Shown here one piece after another: positions 22,370 to 32,443 of a stretch of 64,000 bases of DNA. Numbering within the stretch: the first letter of the stretch is position 1; every line of letters begins with the position of its first letter. The position numbers and the translations under genes were made by a program. The notes under the pieces are model-generated. The model had not been told where the DNA came from. It did no database searches and was given only the letters and a program-made list of their open reading frames with translations. Source of the stretch: an uncultured delta proteobacterium (lineage in GTDB: Bacteria > Desulfobacterota > Syntrophobacteria > Syntrophobacterales > Syntrophobacteraceae); the NCBI GenBank assembly GCA_963808625.1, contig CAWEHK010000021.1, forward strand, positions 105,511 to 169,510. Direction: 5' to 3'.

Positions 22370-22389
22370 GTCATTCCCCCATTGCTGCC

Positions 22390-22700
22390 GCAGCAGCCAG
22401 CAGCCAATAAGCAATAAGCAATAACGAATAACCAATTATCGAATAACGTATCGAGCAATCAAGAGCCACGCCAATAGACAAGCTACTAAAAGAAGAGAGA
22501 TTCTAAAAACCCTCAAAAAGTCGTGGACGTGCAAGAGTCCTTCTTCCCGCATGTTTGGCGGGAATCTCACGTACTGTTTGTTCCCTGAACGCCAGAAGCC
22601 TGTGGGGGGAAGACCGGAGGACCTTTTAGAACCGCACTAAGAGCTGAAAGCTAATAGTTAAGAGCTAAGAGCCAAGAGCTAAGAGCCAAGAGCCAACAGC
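22390..22700. repeat. Nested repeat complex: 7-mer array, TTCTAAAA...TTTTAGAA shell with REP-like core, 7-mer array
   Basis: (gcaataa)-type array; 22501-22631 short inverted ends around cttcccgcatgtttggcgggaatc; (ctaagag)-type array. Confidence 0.7.
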
Positions 22701-24193
22701 TAATCCCCACTCGCGCGATGCACCAGTTCCAGCGCCCTCTGCATCGCCCTCGCTTTGCTCATCGTTTCCAAGCGTTCGCGCTCCGGGTCTGAATCCGCCA
22801 CAATTCCCGCTCCCGCCCTTACCGTGAGCGTTCCATTCTGAATGGTGGCGGTGCGGATGGTAATGGCCAGGTCCATATTGCCGGTGAAAGAGATGTAGCC
22901 CAGAGCTCCTCCGTAAGGGCCTCGCGGTTCCTGCTCGAGTTCGGCGATGATCTCCATCGCCCGGATCTTCGGGGCCCCGCTGAGCGTCCCGGCGGGGAAA
23001 GTCGCCCGCAGCAGGTCGAAGGCGTCACATCCCGAGAGCAAGTCACAGGAAATGTTGGAAACCAGGTGCATCACATGCGAGTAGCGTTCCACGATCATGA
23101 GGTCGGTCACCTGCACCGTTCCGATTTCCGCGACCCGGCCCAGGTCATTTCGCCCAAGATCGACCAGCATCAGGTGTTCGGCTCTTTCTTTGGGGTCTTG
23201 CAGGAGTTCATCGGCAAGCTGGCGGTCCTGTTGTTCGGTCTTTCCGCGCGGCTTGGTGCCGGCAATGGGACGCAGCGTGGCGACCCCGGAATCAAGGCGC
23301 ACCATCGTTTCCGGAGACGAACCGACAAGCACGGTGTTATCCAGGTGCATGAAGTAAAGGTAAGGGGAAGGATTGATGTAGCGCTGCACCCGGTAAAGCC
23401 ACCAGGGGTCGGGCGGGGGCGAGCAGCCGAAGGGCTGGGAAAGCACGGCCTGAATGATATCCCCGGCGGTGATGTAGTCTTTGATCCGGGTGACCTGATC
23501 ACGAAATGCTTCCGGAGCTACCCGGGGTTCAAGCCGGTAGGGTCCTTGCGGCAGCATCCGGGGTTCGGACAGGGGCTGCGCCAAAAGGTCCTGCATACCG
23601 CTGAGTGACCGCAGGGCCTCTTCGTAGGTATCCTCGGGTTCTTTGCCGTTCAGGAAGGCATACGCCACCAGCGTCAGGGTATGGCGGATGTTGTCGAAGA
23701 TGAACAGGCGATCCGGGATGACGAAGTGAGCCAACGGCAGGTCATCGGGATAGCGGTTGGGAATGTCCTCAAAAAAGGACACGAACTCGTAGGCAAAGTA
23801 GCCGACCATTCCTCCCCAGAACCGGGGTAATCCCGGCAAAGAGACCGGCCGGTAGGCTGCCATAACGGACCTCAGGATCGGAAGCGGGTCGCCATGGTGA
23901 GGAATTTCCCGAAGCGGGCCGGCATTTTCCACTTCGACCTTGTCGCGATAGACCCGAATGCTGCTGTGCGCCGAGGCCCCGAGAAAGCTGTACCGTCCCC
24001 AGCGCTCGCCGCCTTCAACGCTTTCCAGGAGGAACACCGGCCCCTTGCCGGAATAGACCTTAGCCAGGGCAGACAGCGGTGTTTCCGTGTCTGCGAGGAT
24101 GTCCATGCAGACCGGAATGACGTTGCCCCGGTCCGCCATGTTCATGAATTCTGCTTTCTCTGGGAACACTCTTAGTCGCATGATCCTCACCAC
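22700..24193 (-). CDS. trpE: Anthranilate synthase component I (start 24193 or 24181)
   Basis: LLESVEGGERWGRYSF, SSPE, PIAGT, EHLMLVDLGRND, FPAGTLSGAPK. Confidence 0.98.
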   Translation of the reverse strand: MVRIMRLRVFPEKAEFMNMADRGNVIPVCMDILADTETPLSALAKVYSGKGPVFLLESVEGGERWGRYSFLGASAHSSIRVYRDKVEVENAGPLREIPHHGDPLPILRSVMAAYRPVSLPGLPRFWGGMVGYFAYEFVSFFEDIPNRYPDDLPLAHFVIPDRLFIFDNIRHTLTLVAYAFLNGKEPEDTYEEALRSLSGMQDLLAQPLSEPRMLPQGPYRLEPRVAPEAFRDQVTRIKDYITAGDIIQAVLSQPFGCSPPPDPWWLYRVQRYINPSPYLYFMHLDNTVLVGSSPETMVRLDSGVATLRPIAGTKPRGKTEQQDRQLADELLQDPKERAEHLMLVDLGRNDLGRVAEIGTVQVTDLMIVERYSHVMHLVSNISCDLLSGCDAFDLLRATFPAGTLSGAPKIRAMEIIAELEQEPRGPYGGALGYISFTGNMDLAITIRTATIQNGTLTVRAGAGIVADSDPERERLETMSKARAMQRALELVHRASGD

Positions 24194-24199
24194 TTCGTT

Positions 24200-25207
24200 T
24201 TAGGAATTAATCGTCGCGAAAATCGGCGCAATTTGCCGGCAAAGGTCCTCGAACTGATCCGGATAGAGGGACTGAGCGCCGTCGCTCAGCGCCTTCTCCG
24301 GCGCGTGATGGACCTCCACCATCAGGCCATGGGCCCCGACCGCAACCGCCGCCCTGCTGAGGGGAATGACCTGGCCGCGCCGCCCGGCGGCATGACTCGG
24401 ATCAACGATGATCGGCAGATGACTCTCTTTCTGAACCACCGGAATCGAGGAGAGGTCCAGGGTGTTGCGGCTGTGATGAGCGAACGTCCTGACGCCTCGC
24501 TCACAGAGGATCACCTGGGCGTTCCCGCCCTCCATGATGTATTCGGCTGCCATGAGCCATTCCTCGATGGTGGCGGACATTCCCCGTTTGAGCATAATCG
24601 GCTTGGCTGCCCGCCCGGCGCGCCTGAGCAGACTAAAATTCTGCATGTTGCGCGTCCCGATCTGAATCACGTCGGCATATTCCTCCACCAGGTCGAACAC
24701 TTCGTGGTCCATGGCTTCGGTGACGACGGGCATACCGGTTTCCTCACGCACCCGGGCAAGAATCTGCAACCCTTCCTCGCCAAGGCCCTGGAAGGCATAG
24801 GGAGAGGTCCTGGGTTTGAAGGCGCCTCCCCTGAAGAGGTGCGCTCCGGCAGCCTTGACATGGCGCGCGATGGTCAGCGCCTGCGCTTCATCCTCGATCG
24901 CACAGGGCCCGGCAATGATGGTGAGATGGCCATTCCCGATCGCCACGGCCCCCACCTGAATCACCGTGTCGTCGGGCTGGGATTCACGGCTGACCAGTTT
25001 GTAGGGATGAGTGACCGGAATGGCCTCCTTGACTCCGGGCATGCTCAAGAACAGATTGGGCTCAACGGGTCCCTGGTTATGCAGGACGCAGATCGCGACC
25101 CGGTGACCTCCCGGAATGGGGCGGGCCATGAACCCTTTGCTTTCAATGGCGGCAACCACCGCGTCAATTTCCGCCGGCGTCGCCTTGTGATCCATTACTA
25201 CCAGCAT
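24200..25207 (-). CDS. aroF: DAHP synthase type I-beta with N-terminal regulatory domain
   Basis: IAGPCAIE, RGGAFKPRTSPY, QIGTRNMQN, LKRG, CERG, DPSH. Confidence 0.95.
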   Translation of the reverse strand: MLVVMDHKATPAEIDAVVAAIESKGFMARPIPGGHRVAICVLHNQGPVEPNLFLSMPGVKEAIPVTHPYKLVSRESQPDDTVIQVGAVAIGNGHLTIIAGPCAIEDEAQALTIARHVKAAGAHLFRGGAFKPRTSPYAFQGLGEEGLQILARVREETGMPVVTEAMDHEVFDLVEEYADVIQIGTRNMQNFSLLRRAGRAAKPIMLKRGMSATIEEWLMAAEYIMEGGNAQVILCERGVRTFAHHSRNTLDLSSIPVVQKESHLPIIVDPSHAAGRRGQVIPLSRAAVAVGAHGLMVEVHHAPEKALSDGAQSLYPDQFEDLCRQIAPIFATINS

Positions 25208-25327
25208 GGTCTTTTCTCCTTTTGCTATCGCTACGAATGCTTGGTGTTATTTGCCAACTCTAAAAAGAGGAATGGCGTTGCCCTTTCATTTCTTTTCCGT
25301 GATCGCGCCCTTTGGAACCGAACGCAC

Positions 25328-25366
25328 AAAAAAAAGGGGATTGCAGGAAGTTCCCACAGTCCCCTT
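25328..25366 (-). terminator. Second attenuator terminator (T2)
   Basis: Minus strand GGGGACTGTGGGA-ACT-TCCTGCAATCCCC plus T8. Confidence 0.8.
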
Positions 25367-25371
25367 GGCAT

Positions 25372-25407
25372 AAAAAAAGGACCGTGAGCCGGTGGCCCAC
25401 GGTCCCT
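25372..25407 (-). terminator. trp attenuator terminator (T1)
   Basis: Minus strand GGACCGTGGGCC-ACC-GGCTCACGGTCC plus T7. Confidence 0.88.
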
Positions 25408-25443
25408 GATTATCGATTCTGCCGATGGTTCAATCAGGCAAGA

Positions 25444-25521
25444 CTACGTTGGCACACCTCCCCTGCCAGTTTTCCACCACCAGCACCAAAAACCCAAATT
25501 TTGTATTGTACAGCAACTCAT
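25444..25521 (-). CDS. trpL: trp operon leader peptide MSCCTIQNLGFWCWWWKTGRGGVPT
   Basis: Read by hand (below the ORF-track cutoff); four TGG codons; directly upstream of the terminators and aroF-trpE. Confidence 0.9.
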   Translation of the reverse strand: MSCCTIQNLGFWCWWWKTGRGGVPT

Positions 25522-25609
25522 TGAAACGATCCCATTTGTAAGAGTTCACCGAATTCATACCCAGGCGCTGCCGCATTGTCAAGCGTTAATTTCGACAGAG
25601 CTGGTGTCG

Positions 25610-25749
25610 AGCTAGTTTCCATCCGGAAACGCGTGTGACTGTAGGGGAGGGGTTTATCCCCTCCCGAAAATCCCCTGCTTCTCGCCAACTTGTGGGCGGG
25701 AATAAATCCCGCCCCTACGAATTATGGGGTTTCCTGATGGACACGAGCT
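25610..25749. mobile_element. MITE-like shell enclosing a REP doublet (copy 1)
   Basis: AGCTAGTTTCCATCCGGAAA ... TTTCCTGATGGACACGAGCT around gtaggggaggggtttatcccctcc / gggcgggaataaatcccgcccctac. Confidence 0.8.
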
Positions 25750-25937
25750 AATTTCGGGTCTGTTTTCTGATGGCCCGATTAGGCTCGTCTTTACATCAAC
25801 CGAGAAGGGAGTGATAAGTTGCAAAAATGTTTCGGGATTTGTGGTAAGATTCTAATGAGCGACAATTTCCGCGGTCTTCCTCTTCGCGGAAGACCGATGG
25901 CAACGGCCCAAGAGGTAGCTTCTCAATAACTTCAGGT

Positions 25938-26129
25938 CCACAAGGAACCATGGAAATGGAAGTCCCAGAAGGAACCAAGGAAGTCCCAGATTATCCTTCC
26001 CACAGGTGCACAAGGGACAGCGGAAATCCCAGGTCGTCCTTCCCACAGGTGCAGGAGGAACAGTGGAAGTCGCACTCGGACCCAAGGAAGTTCCAGATCG
26101 TCATTCCCGCATGCTTCTAGCGGGAATCC
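25938..26129. repeat. Degenerate ~40-bp tandem repeats, GGA-rich, ending in an ATTCCCGC...GCGGGAAT REP
   Basis: ggaagtcccagattatccttcccacaggtgc / ggaaatcccaggtcgtccttcccacaggtgc / ggaagttccagatcgtcattcccgcatgc. Confidence 0.75.
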
Positions 26130-26229
26130 AGAGGTTTCAGATGAGTGCGTGCACCCACATTTATTGAGAAGTTACCTCAAGCGTTCGTAAGCGAAACCTC
26201 GAGTTGCAGACAATACGGAGAGTGCGGTC

Positions 26230-27048
26230 ATGAGAAAGTTCATCGCGGTCTATGTTGATCTCGAAAATGTCGCCGGGATCGTAAATTTGGATAAGTTGCT
26301 TCAAGACATTATCCTGGAAGAGGATAAAGAGGCCCCGGAAGAGTACGTTTTCGCCGTCAAGTTTGCCTGTGGAAACACCAATTCCATCGCCAAATTGCGC
26401 GAGCAATTGATCAACCATAATTTCGATATTCGAGAAGCTCCTCATATTTCCGGCAAGAAAAACCGGGCAGACCTGATTATCAGCCTTGATGCGTTTGAAA
26501 AACTGTATCTGGACAAGCCGTCTATCGACCGCTTTGTTTTTGTCACCAGAGATTCCGATTTCTCTGTCATCATGGACATCTTGAGGAAATATGGCAAAGA
26601 AGTCTGGTTGATTACCCAGGCAGGCGATGCCCAACGGCCAATTTTTACCAGTTGCACCGACAACATTCTTCTTCTGCAACCCCAAAAGCCGGTCCCCAAA
26701 AAGGAAAAGAAGGATGCAAAAGTGGCTGCGGCAGGCCATGGGACGGGAGAAAAGAAACCTGAAAAGGAAGAGGAAGCTGAGAAACCAAAGGATAAGAAGG
26801 CTGAAGAGTTGTTCAAAAGGGTCCTCATCAGCCTCGATCCAAGCGAGGAGCACCTGCTGACCGCTATTGCCAACAAGATGAGGCAACTGGATAAATCCTT
26901 CAAGATCAAGAACACGAGCTATAAGAAAATGACCACTCTGGCAAAGGAATTTGAAAAGAAAGGAGGGTTTCGAACCATCAAAAACAAAGAGGGTCACCTG
27001 ATGATCATTGATTTAGACGTCTCACGAGGCGAAATTTCCGCCCCGTGA
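26230..27048 (+). CDS. NYN (LabA-like PIN-fold) protein with probable C-terminal OST-HTH/LOTUS domain
   Basis: AVYVDLEN, GKKNRAD, VTRDSDFS, LRKYGKEV; Lys/Glu linker, then LDKSF...Y..M..L. Confidence 0.88.
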   Translation: MRKFIAVYVDLENVAGIVNLDKLLQDIILEEDKEAPEEYVFAVKFACGNTNSIAKLREQLINHNFDIREAPHISGKKNRADLIISLDAFEKLYLDKPSIDRFVFVTRDSDFSVIMDILRKYGKEVWLITQAGDAQRPIFTSCTDNILLLQPQKPVPKKEKKDAKVAAAGHGTGEKKPEKEEEAEKPKDKKAEELFKRVLISLDPSEEHLLTAIANKMRQLDKSFKIKNTSYKKMTTLAKEFEKKGGFRTIKNKEGHLMIIDLDVSRGEISAP

Positions 27049-27069
27049 CCAAAAAGCAGCTTCCTCCTT

Positions 27070-27937
27070 TTAAATCAGCACGATCCTCCGCATCACCTCG
27101 CGGAAGAACTCGTTCGACCAGACCGCAAGGGCATCGGGGTCTTTTACAAAAGGTTCCACCTCTCTTCTGGCTTGCTCCAGGTTTACCTTCTCAGCCGCCT
27201 TCTCTGCGAGGGCGAAGAAACCTTCCCTGGTCAATTGTTCACCTTTCCTTGAGGTGTCCGCTCTGGATCATCCTCTGCTCCAGGTGGCCGAGGTGAAGCT
27301 GCGGATGGTATGCCGCATACCAGACCAGGTCGTACCAGTCACGTCCCTTGACCCGGGTCTTCCAGCGCCGGCAAAGCACCGCGTGCATCTTGCCGGCAAA
27401 AAGGTCCGGGAGGGCAAAGGTTTTCACTGAAAACGGGATCGGCTGCAGAAGGAACTTGTTTTCGGTATCGAATCCCGGTGGTGGGTCCGTATCGACCTCG
27501 ATCTTGATCTTCATGACCTGGCCACGGGGTAACTGCCTGGCGACCTTATCGGCTCTCTCTATGGTCAGCAAATGCTTCAAAGTGTCGGCCTTGAGAAACG
27601 CCGATTGGATTGGGCTTTCCGCAGTCTTTTCTCTCCTCGTCACACTGACCTCGAACCCGAACGAACGGATCTCACGTTCCAAGGCGCCGATATACCGGGA
27701 AAGATTGAAATCGGACATAGGCTCGATCAGGGAAAAATCGAGGTCCTCCGAAAAACGGTCCATTCCGTACAGGATCCTCAGTGCGGAACCCCCGTAAAAC
27801 GCAGCCTTCTCGAAGAACTTACTTCGCCAGAGGCCAAGCAAAGCAACCTCCTGCAGGATCTCGCGAAGGGCGTTCACGTAGTCTTCGACGCTTCGACACT
27901 GATAGCGGTCAAGCATGCGAACAATGGCATCATTCAT
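27070..27937 (-). CDS. AbiEii-family nucleotidyltransferase toxin (indel near 27240)
   Basis: AFYGGSALR, RFSEDLDF, IKIEVD, KMHA, KGRDWYD; shifted tail ends RRIVLI*. Confidence 0.9.
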
Positions 27938-28586
27938 GACCGGTCCCCCGCTTGCCAAGCCGACGAACCAAGCCGCACAGCAACCGGAGCTTCCGGGACC
28001 GGTATCGTTCAGCAATGTGAGCGAGGATATTGGCGTCCAGCCTTTCCAGGCCACCCGGATCAATCCGCAAAAGGGTCAACAGGTATTCCTTCATTTCGGC
28101 CTGACTGCGAATGCCCGCACCTCGCTCATCTTGGATCTTGTCAGCCAAAGCCTTTTCAGGAATGGCGATGAGGAAGGAGCGACCTCCCTCGAGTTCCACT
28201 TGATCGATGCCGATCTGATAGGCTCTCATGGGAATCCTGCGGTAGATGAACAGGCCGACAGGAGTTGAAAAACGCCTGCTGCGGCAGCAAGTAACGGATG
28301 TCAAGGCCTCAACGCGCTCCGGGATCAGCCCATGATAGTGCAGAGCAAAATCGAGGGACAGATAGGAAGGTCCGAAGATCATGTTAGCCAGGACCTCCCT
28401 TGAAAAAGGCCGCCGCGAGTATCTCTCACCAAAGACATAGATCCCCTTCTTGACCCTGATGATAGCCTCTTTTCGAAGCAGGTCCGTGATCTTATCGCGC
28501 GGGCGTGCATATTCCCTGAGACCATCCAAAAGGGCCTGGTAATCGAATTCCTCCCCCGCTATCCTCGCTCTCAGTTCTTCAATCAT
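27930..28586 (-). CDS. AbiEi-family antitoxin / transcriptional regulator
   Basis: IIRVKKGIY, PSYLSLDFALHYHGLIPE, PEKALAD; overlaps the AbiEii start. Confidence 0.88.
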   Translation of the reverse strand: MIEELRARIAGEEFDYQALLDGLREYARPRDKITDLLRKEAIIRVKKGIYVFGERYSRRPFSREVLANMIFGPSYLSLDFALHYHGLIPERVEALTSVTCCRSRRFSTPVGLFIYRRIPMRAYQIGIDQVELEGGRSFLIAIPEKALADKIQDERGAGIRSQAEMKEYLLTLLRIDPGGLERLDANILAHIAERYRSRKLRLLCGLVRRLGKRGTGHE

Positions 28587-28642
28587 CTCTTTTCCTGCAG
28601 TGTCGTGGATCATTCTCGTTGACGAAATATGGCATATTTTTC

Positions 28643-28675
28643 CATAGTATGTCGACATTTTTTCGACATACTATG
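28643..28675. promoter_or_regulatory. Perfect 13-bp inverted repeat, candidate AbiEi operator
   Basis: catagtatgtcga-N7-tcgacatactatg about 60 bp upstream of abiEi. Confidence 0.7.
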
Positions 28676-28966
28676 CACATAAGTGAGAGCCCACAGGTGA
28701 TGTGAAATTTCTCATGGTCTTTGCGCCAACCAATAGGATACGAAATCCAAACCGGACCCCCCGCGCCCTTTGGGAATCCAAACCGAGACGGATAACGTCT
28801 TCTGAGAGGCAACGCCGGTCGTGACTGATTGACAAATTTGCCGTTTTGTTTAAAAAGAGGGCGTCCTGCTTGATTGTCTCATTGAATCCCCTGGCACGCG
28901 TGGAGATATCGATGCTCGCACTGGATTAAGCGAGCTTTGCGTGCCCTGAAGTATAAGGAGCCTGGA

Positions 28967-30144
28967 ATGAGCAGAGTGTTGATTATCGGCGCGGGTGGCG
29001 TTGGCGGTGTGGTCGTCCATAAGTGCGCCCAGTTCCCGGAAGTGTTTTCGGAGATTATTCTGGCGAGCCGCACCCTCGAGAAATGCGAAAAGATCAAGAG
29101 CCAACTTACACGGCCCATCCAAACCGCTCAGGTCGACGCCGACAACCCGCGGGAGCTGGTTTCCCTGATGGAAAAGGTTTCGCCGGACCTGGTCATCAAT
29201 GTGGCCCTGCCATACCAGGACCTCACCATCATGGACGCCTGTCTCGAGACCGGGATTCCGTATCTTGACACCGCCTGCTACGAGCCGCCAAACGAGGCCA
29301 AGTATTCGCATACCTGGCAGTGGGCCTATCATGACCGGTTTCAAGATAAAGGTCTGATGGCCGTGCTGGGTTGCGGGTTCGACCCGGGTCAGACCAACAT
29401 CTATATCGCCCATGCCCTGAAGAATTATTTCGATGAGATTCATTTTGTGGACATTGTGGACTGCAACGCGGGACAGCATGGCTTCGCTTTTGCCACCAAC
29501 TTCAATCCTGAAATCAATATCCGGGAAGTTACCGCGCCCGGCAAGTACTATGAAAACGGGCAGTGGCTTGAAACCGATCCTCTCTCGGTCCACAAATCCT
29601 TTGATTTTCCGGAGGTCGGTCCGAAGGAAGTGTACTTGATGTACCATGAAGAACTGGAATCTCTGGTAAAGCACATTCCCGGCATCAAACGCATCCGCTT
29701 CTGGATGACCTTTTCTCAGGAATACCTGACCCATTTGCGGGTGCTCCAGAACGTCGGCATGACGCGCATTGATCCGGTCACTTTTCAAGGCGTCGAGATC
29801 GTGCCGCTCCAATTCTTGAAAGCTCTGCTGCCGGAACCCTCGTCCCTGGGGGCAACCTACGAGGGCAAGACCTGCATCGGCTGCCTGATCGAAGGCGTCA
29901 AGGACGGCAAGCCCAGAAAGTACTTCGTCTACAACATCTGCGATCACCGCGCCTGCTACGAGGAAGTCAAAGCCAATGCCGTGTCTTACACCGCCGGGGT
30001 CCCCCCGTATTGGGCGCGGCCCTGATGCTGAACGGCGCCTGGTCCGGCGCCGGGGTCTTCAATGTGGAACAACTTGATCCCACCCCCTTCATGGCAGAAA
30101 TCGGCAGATACGGATTGCCGTGGACCGAGGTGTTCCTGGAATGA
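28967..30144 (+). CDS. Carboxynorspermidine dehydrogenase (saccharopine dehydrogenase family), indel near 30005
   Basis: IIGAGGVG, NVALPYQD, GFDPG, ATNFNPEIN, HEELESL; ATGA overlap with nspC. Confidence 0.93.
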
Positions 30145-31282
30145 AGATATTCGACCTGACCAACCTTCCCACTCCCTGTTACGTGCTTGATGAACCCTCG
30201 CTGGAACAGAATCTGAGCGTGCTGCGATTCCGTGCAGGAGCGGACGGGCTGCAAGATCATCATGGCGCTGAAGGGCTTTGCCATGTTCAGCGTATTTCCT
30301 CTCATTCGGGAACACCTATACGGAATCGCCGCCAGTTCCCTCCACGAAGCGCGCCTTGGCTATGAGGAATTTGGCCGGGAAGTGCACGTCTTTGCGCCGG
30401 CGTATAAGGAAGCCGAGTTCGAGGAGCTTCTCCGCTACAGCAACCACATCATTTTCAATTCATTTTCCCAATGGAACCGTTTTAAACGCCAATTGGCCGG
30501 GCTGAAAAGCCGCGTGTCCTGCGGGATTCGCGTTAATCCCGAACACTCCGAAGTAAAGGTTGCCCTGTACGACCCATGCGCCCCTTTTTCGAGGCTTGGC
30601 GTCACTCTCGAAAATTTTCAGGAAGACCACCTTGACGGGATCACCGGTTTGCATTTCCATACGCTCTGCGAACTGAATGCCGATTCCCTGGCGCGGACGC
30701 TCCAGGTATTCGAGAAAAAATTCGGCGCGTTCATCGAACGGATGCAATGGGTAAATTTCGGTGGCGGGCACCACATTACCCGCGCGGATTACGATGTGGA
30801 CCTGCTTTGTGAGCTCATTACCGATTTCAAGAAGCGCTACCCGGTGGAGGTCTATCTCGAACCGGGTGAGGCCGTGGTGCTCAATGCCGGGGTCCTCGTG
30901 GCCTCGGTCCTGGATATTATTCACAACCGGATGGACATTGCCATCCTGGACGCTTCCGCGGCGGCCCATACGCCCGACGTCCTGGAAATGCCGTACCAAC
31001 CGGAAATCGAGGGCGCCGGAAAAAGCGGTGAATATCCCCATACCTATCGGCTTGGCGGTCCGACCTGCCTGGCCGGCGATGTTTTCGGTGACTATTCCTT
31101 CCCGGAACCGCTCCGCATCGGTTCGAAGGCTGGTTTTCACCGATATGGCCCATTACACGATGGTCAAGAACAACACCTTCAATGGCGTGGGGCTGCCATC
31201 CATTGCCATCCGGGATGCCCAAAAGCAGATCCGTATCGTGCGGCAATTTGGCTATGAAGACTATCGCAACCGACTCTCCTAG
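30141..31282 (+). CDS. nspC: Carboxynorspermidine decarboxylase (two indels)
   Basis: TPCYVLDE, ALKGF, LYDPC, HFHTLCE, FGGGH, EPGEA, GPTCLAGD, HYTMVKNNTFNG. Confidence 0.93.
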
Positions 31283-31335
31283 CTGACGACCACCTTTCTG
31301 GCCGGCAGGAAGAGCTGAACAGGGAGGAACAAGCG

Positions 31336-31704
31336 ATGCCCATATACGAATACCGATGTCGCCAGTGCGGCAAGAAGAGTGAATTCATCACGTTTCGGAT
31401 TTCTGAAACGGTTACCCCGAACTGCCGCCATTGCGGCGGCGAGCAGATGGATCGCATCCCTTCGCGGGTGCGCGTGCGGCTCTCCGAAGAAACGCGCATG
31501 GAGCGCCTCGCCGACCCGTCGCGCCTGGGCGGGCTGGATGAGAACGATCCCAAGAGCATGGTGCGGTGGATGAAAAAAATGGGCCAGGAGATGGGCGAAG
31601 ATTTCGAGGGCGAGGACATGGACGCCATGATCGAGGAAGCCATGGAAGAAGAGGCCCAGGGCAAATCCGGGGAGAGCGCGAGTCTTCCGGATGACAGTCT
31701 GTAG
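31336..31704 (+). CDS. FmdB-family zinc-ribbon protein
   Basis: MPIYEYRCRQCG...CRHCGG; acidic tail. Confidence 0.9.
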   Translation: MPIYEYRCRQCGKKSEFITFRISETVTPNCRHCGGEQMDRIPSRVRVRLSEETRMERLADPSRLGGLDENDPKSMVRWMKKMGQEMGEDFEGEDMDAMIEEAMEEEAQGKSGESASLPDDSL

Positions 31705-31733
31705 CCAGGCGTTGCGCCATCTTTTTAAAAGCG

Positions 31734-31776
31734 TCCACGAAGTCACACGAAGAGACGACGAAGCCACACCAAGAAA
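31734..31776 (+). repeat. Left arm of CACGAAG palindrome bounding the island
   Basis: tccacgaagtcacacgaagagacgacgaagccacaccaagaaa. Confidence 0.85.
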
Positions 31777-32017
31777 GCATAAAGCAAGGACCTATGGGCA
31801 GGAAGGGACACGGTACGCCTAACGCTGCCGACGACCTTGAAGACAATCCATCTTGACTGCTGCTTTCGGTGCAACATACTAAAATCAATAATCGCCCAAG
31901 GGAAAATACCGTGACAATTGGCTGGAGCATGTCAGGCTACGGCGGTGTCACGGCGCAACATAATGACAAAATCCCTGGCGGCCATCCGCAATTTGTATCC
32001 GGAAGTGGGGTAAACCA

Positions 32018-32182
32018 ATGGTTGTAATGCAAGCGGTATTGAGCCACCTTCGTCAGCGTCTCGCAGAACTTTATGGCCCGCGGCTCAACCGATTGCTTCT
32101 GTTCGGCTCCCGCGCGCGCGGTGATGCTGAGGAGGGGGCGGACCTGGATATCCTGGATGCAGTACTTCGTTCAGCATGGTAG
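32018..32182 (+). pseudogene. Truncated minimal nucleotidyltransferase (MNT) antitoxin
   Basis: Hand translation: LAELYGPRLNRLLLFGSRARGDAEEGADLDIL, then an early stop. Confidence 0.8.
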
Positions 32183-32249
32183 CAGAGGTAGAGGTCCCGA
32201 ATGTGCCAGATGTTTCTGGCTGAAAAACCTTCTATTCCCGGACATTCCT

Positions 32250-32359
32250 AGCTGGTTCTCATCCGGAAAGTGGCGCCTTGTTCTGTAGGAGGGGCTTCCA
32301 GCCCCGATCGCGGCTGGAAGCCCCTCCTACAAAATGGGGTTTCCGGATGGACACTAGCT
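32250..32359. mobile_element. MITE-like shell enclosing a REP doublet (copy 2)
   Basis: 110 bp, five differences from 60970-61079; 20-bp imperfect TIRs. Confidence 0.88.
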
Positions 32360-32443
32360 GTGCTTTGTATTTCATTTTATTCAACAGGTTTTATGAGACT
32401 CTCAGACAGGCCGTGCCGGAATACTTCGAAGCGTTCACTAGCC

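Noticed and set aside
25938..26129. Possible CRISPR array
   Set aside because: Units are degenerate, irregular and lack unique spacers; no cas genes are present.
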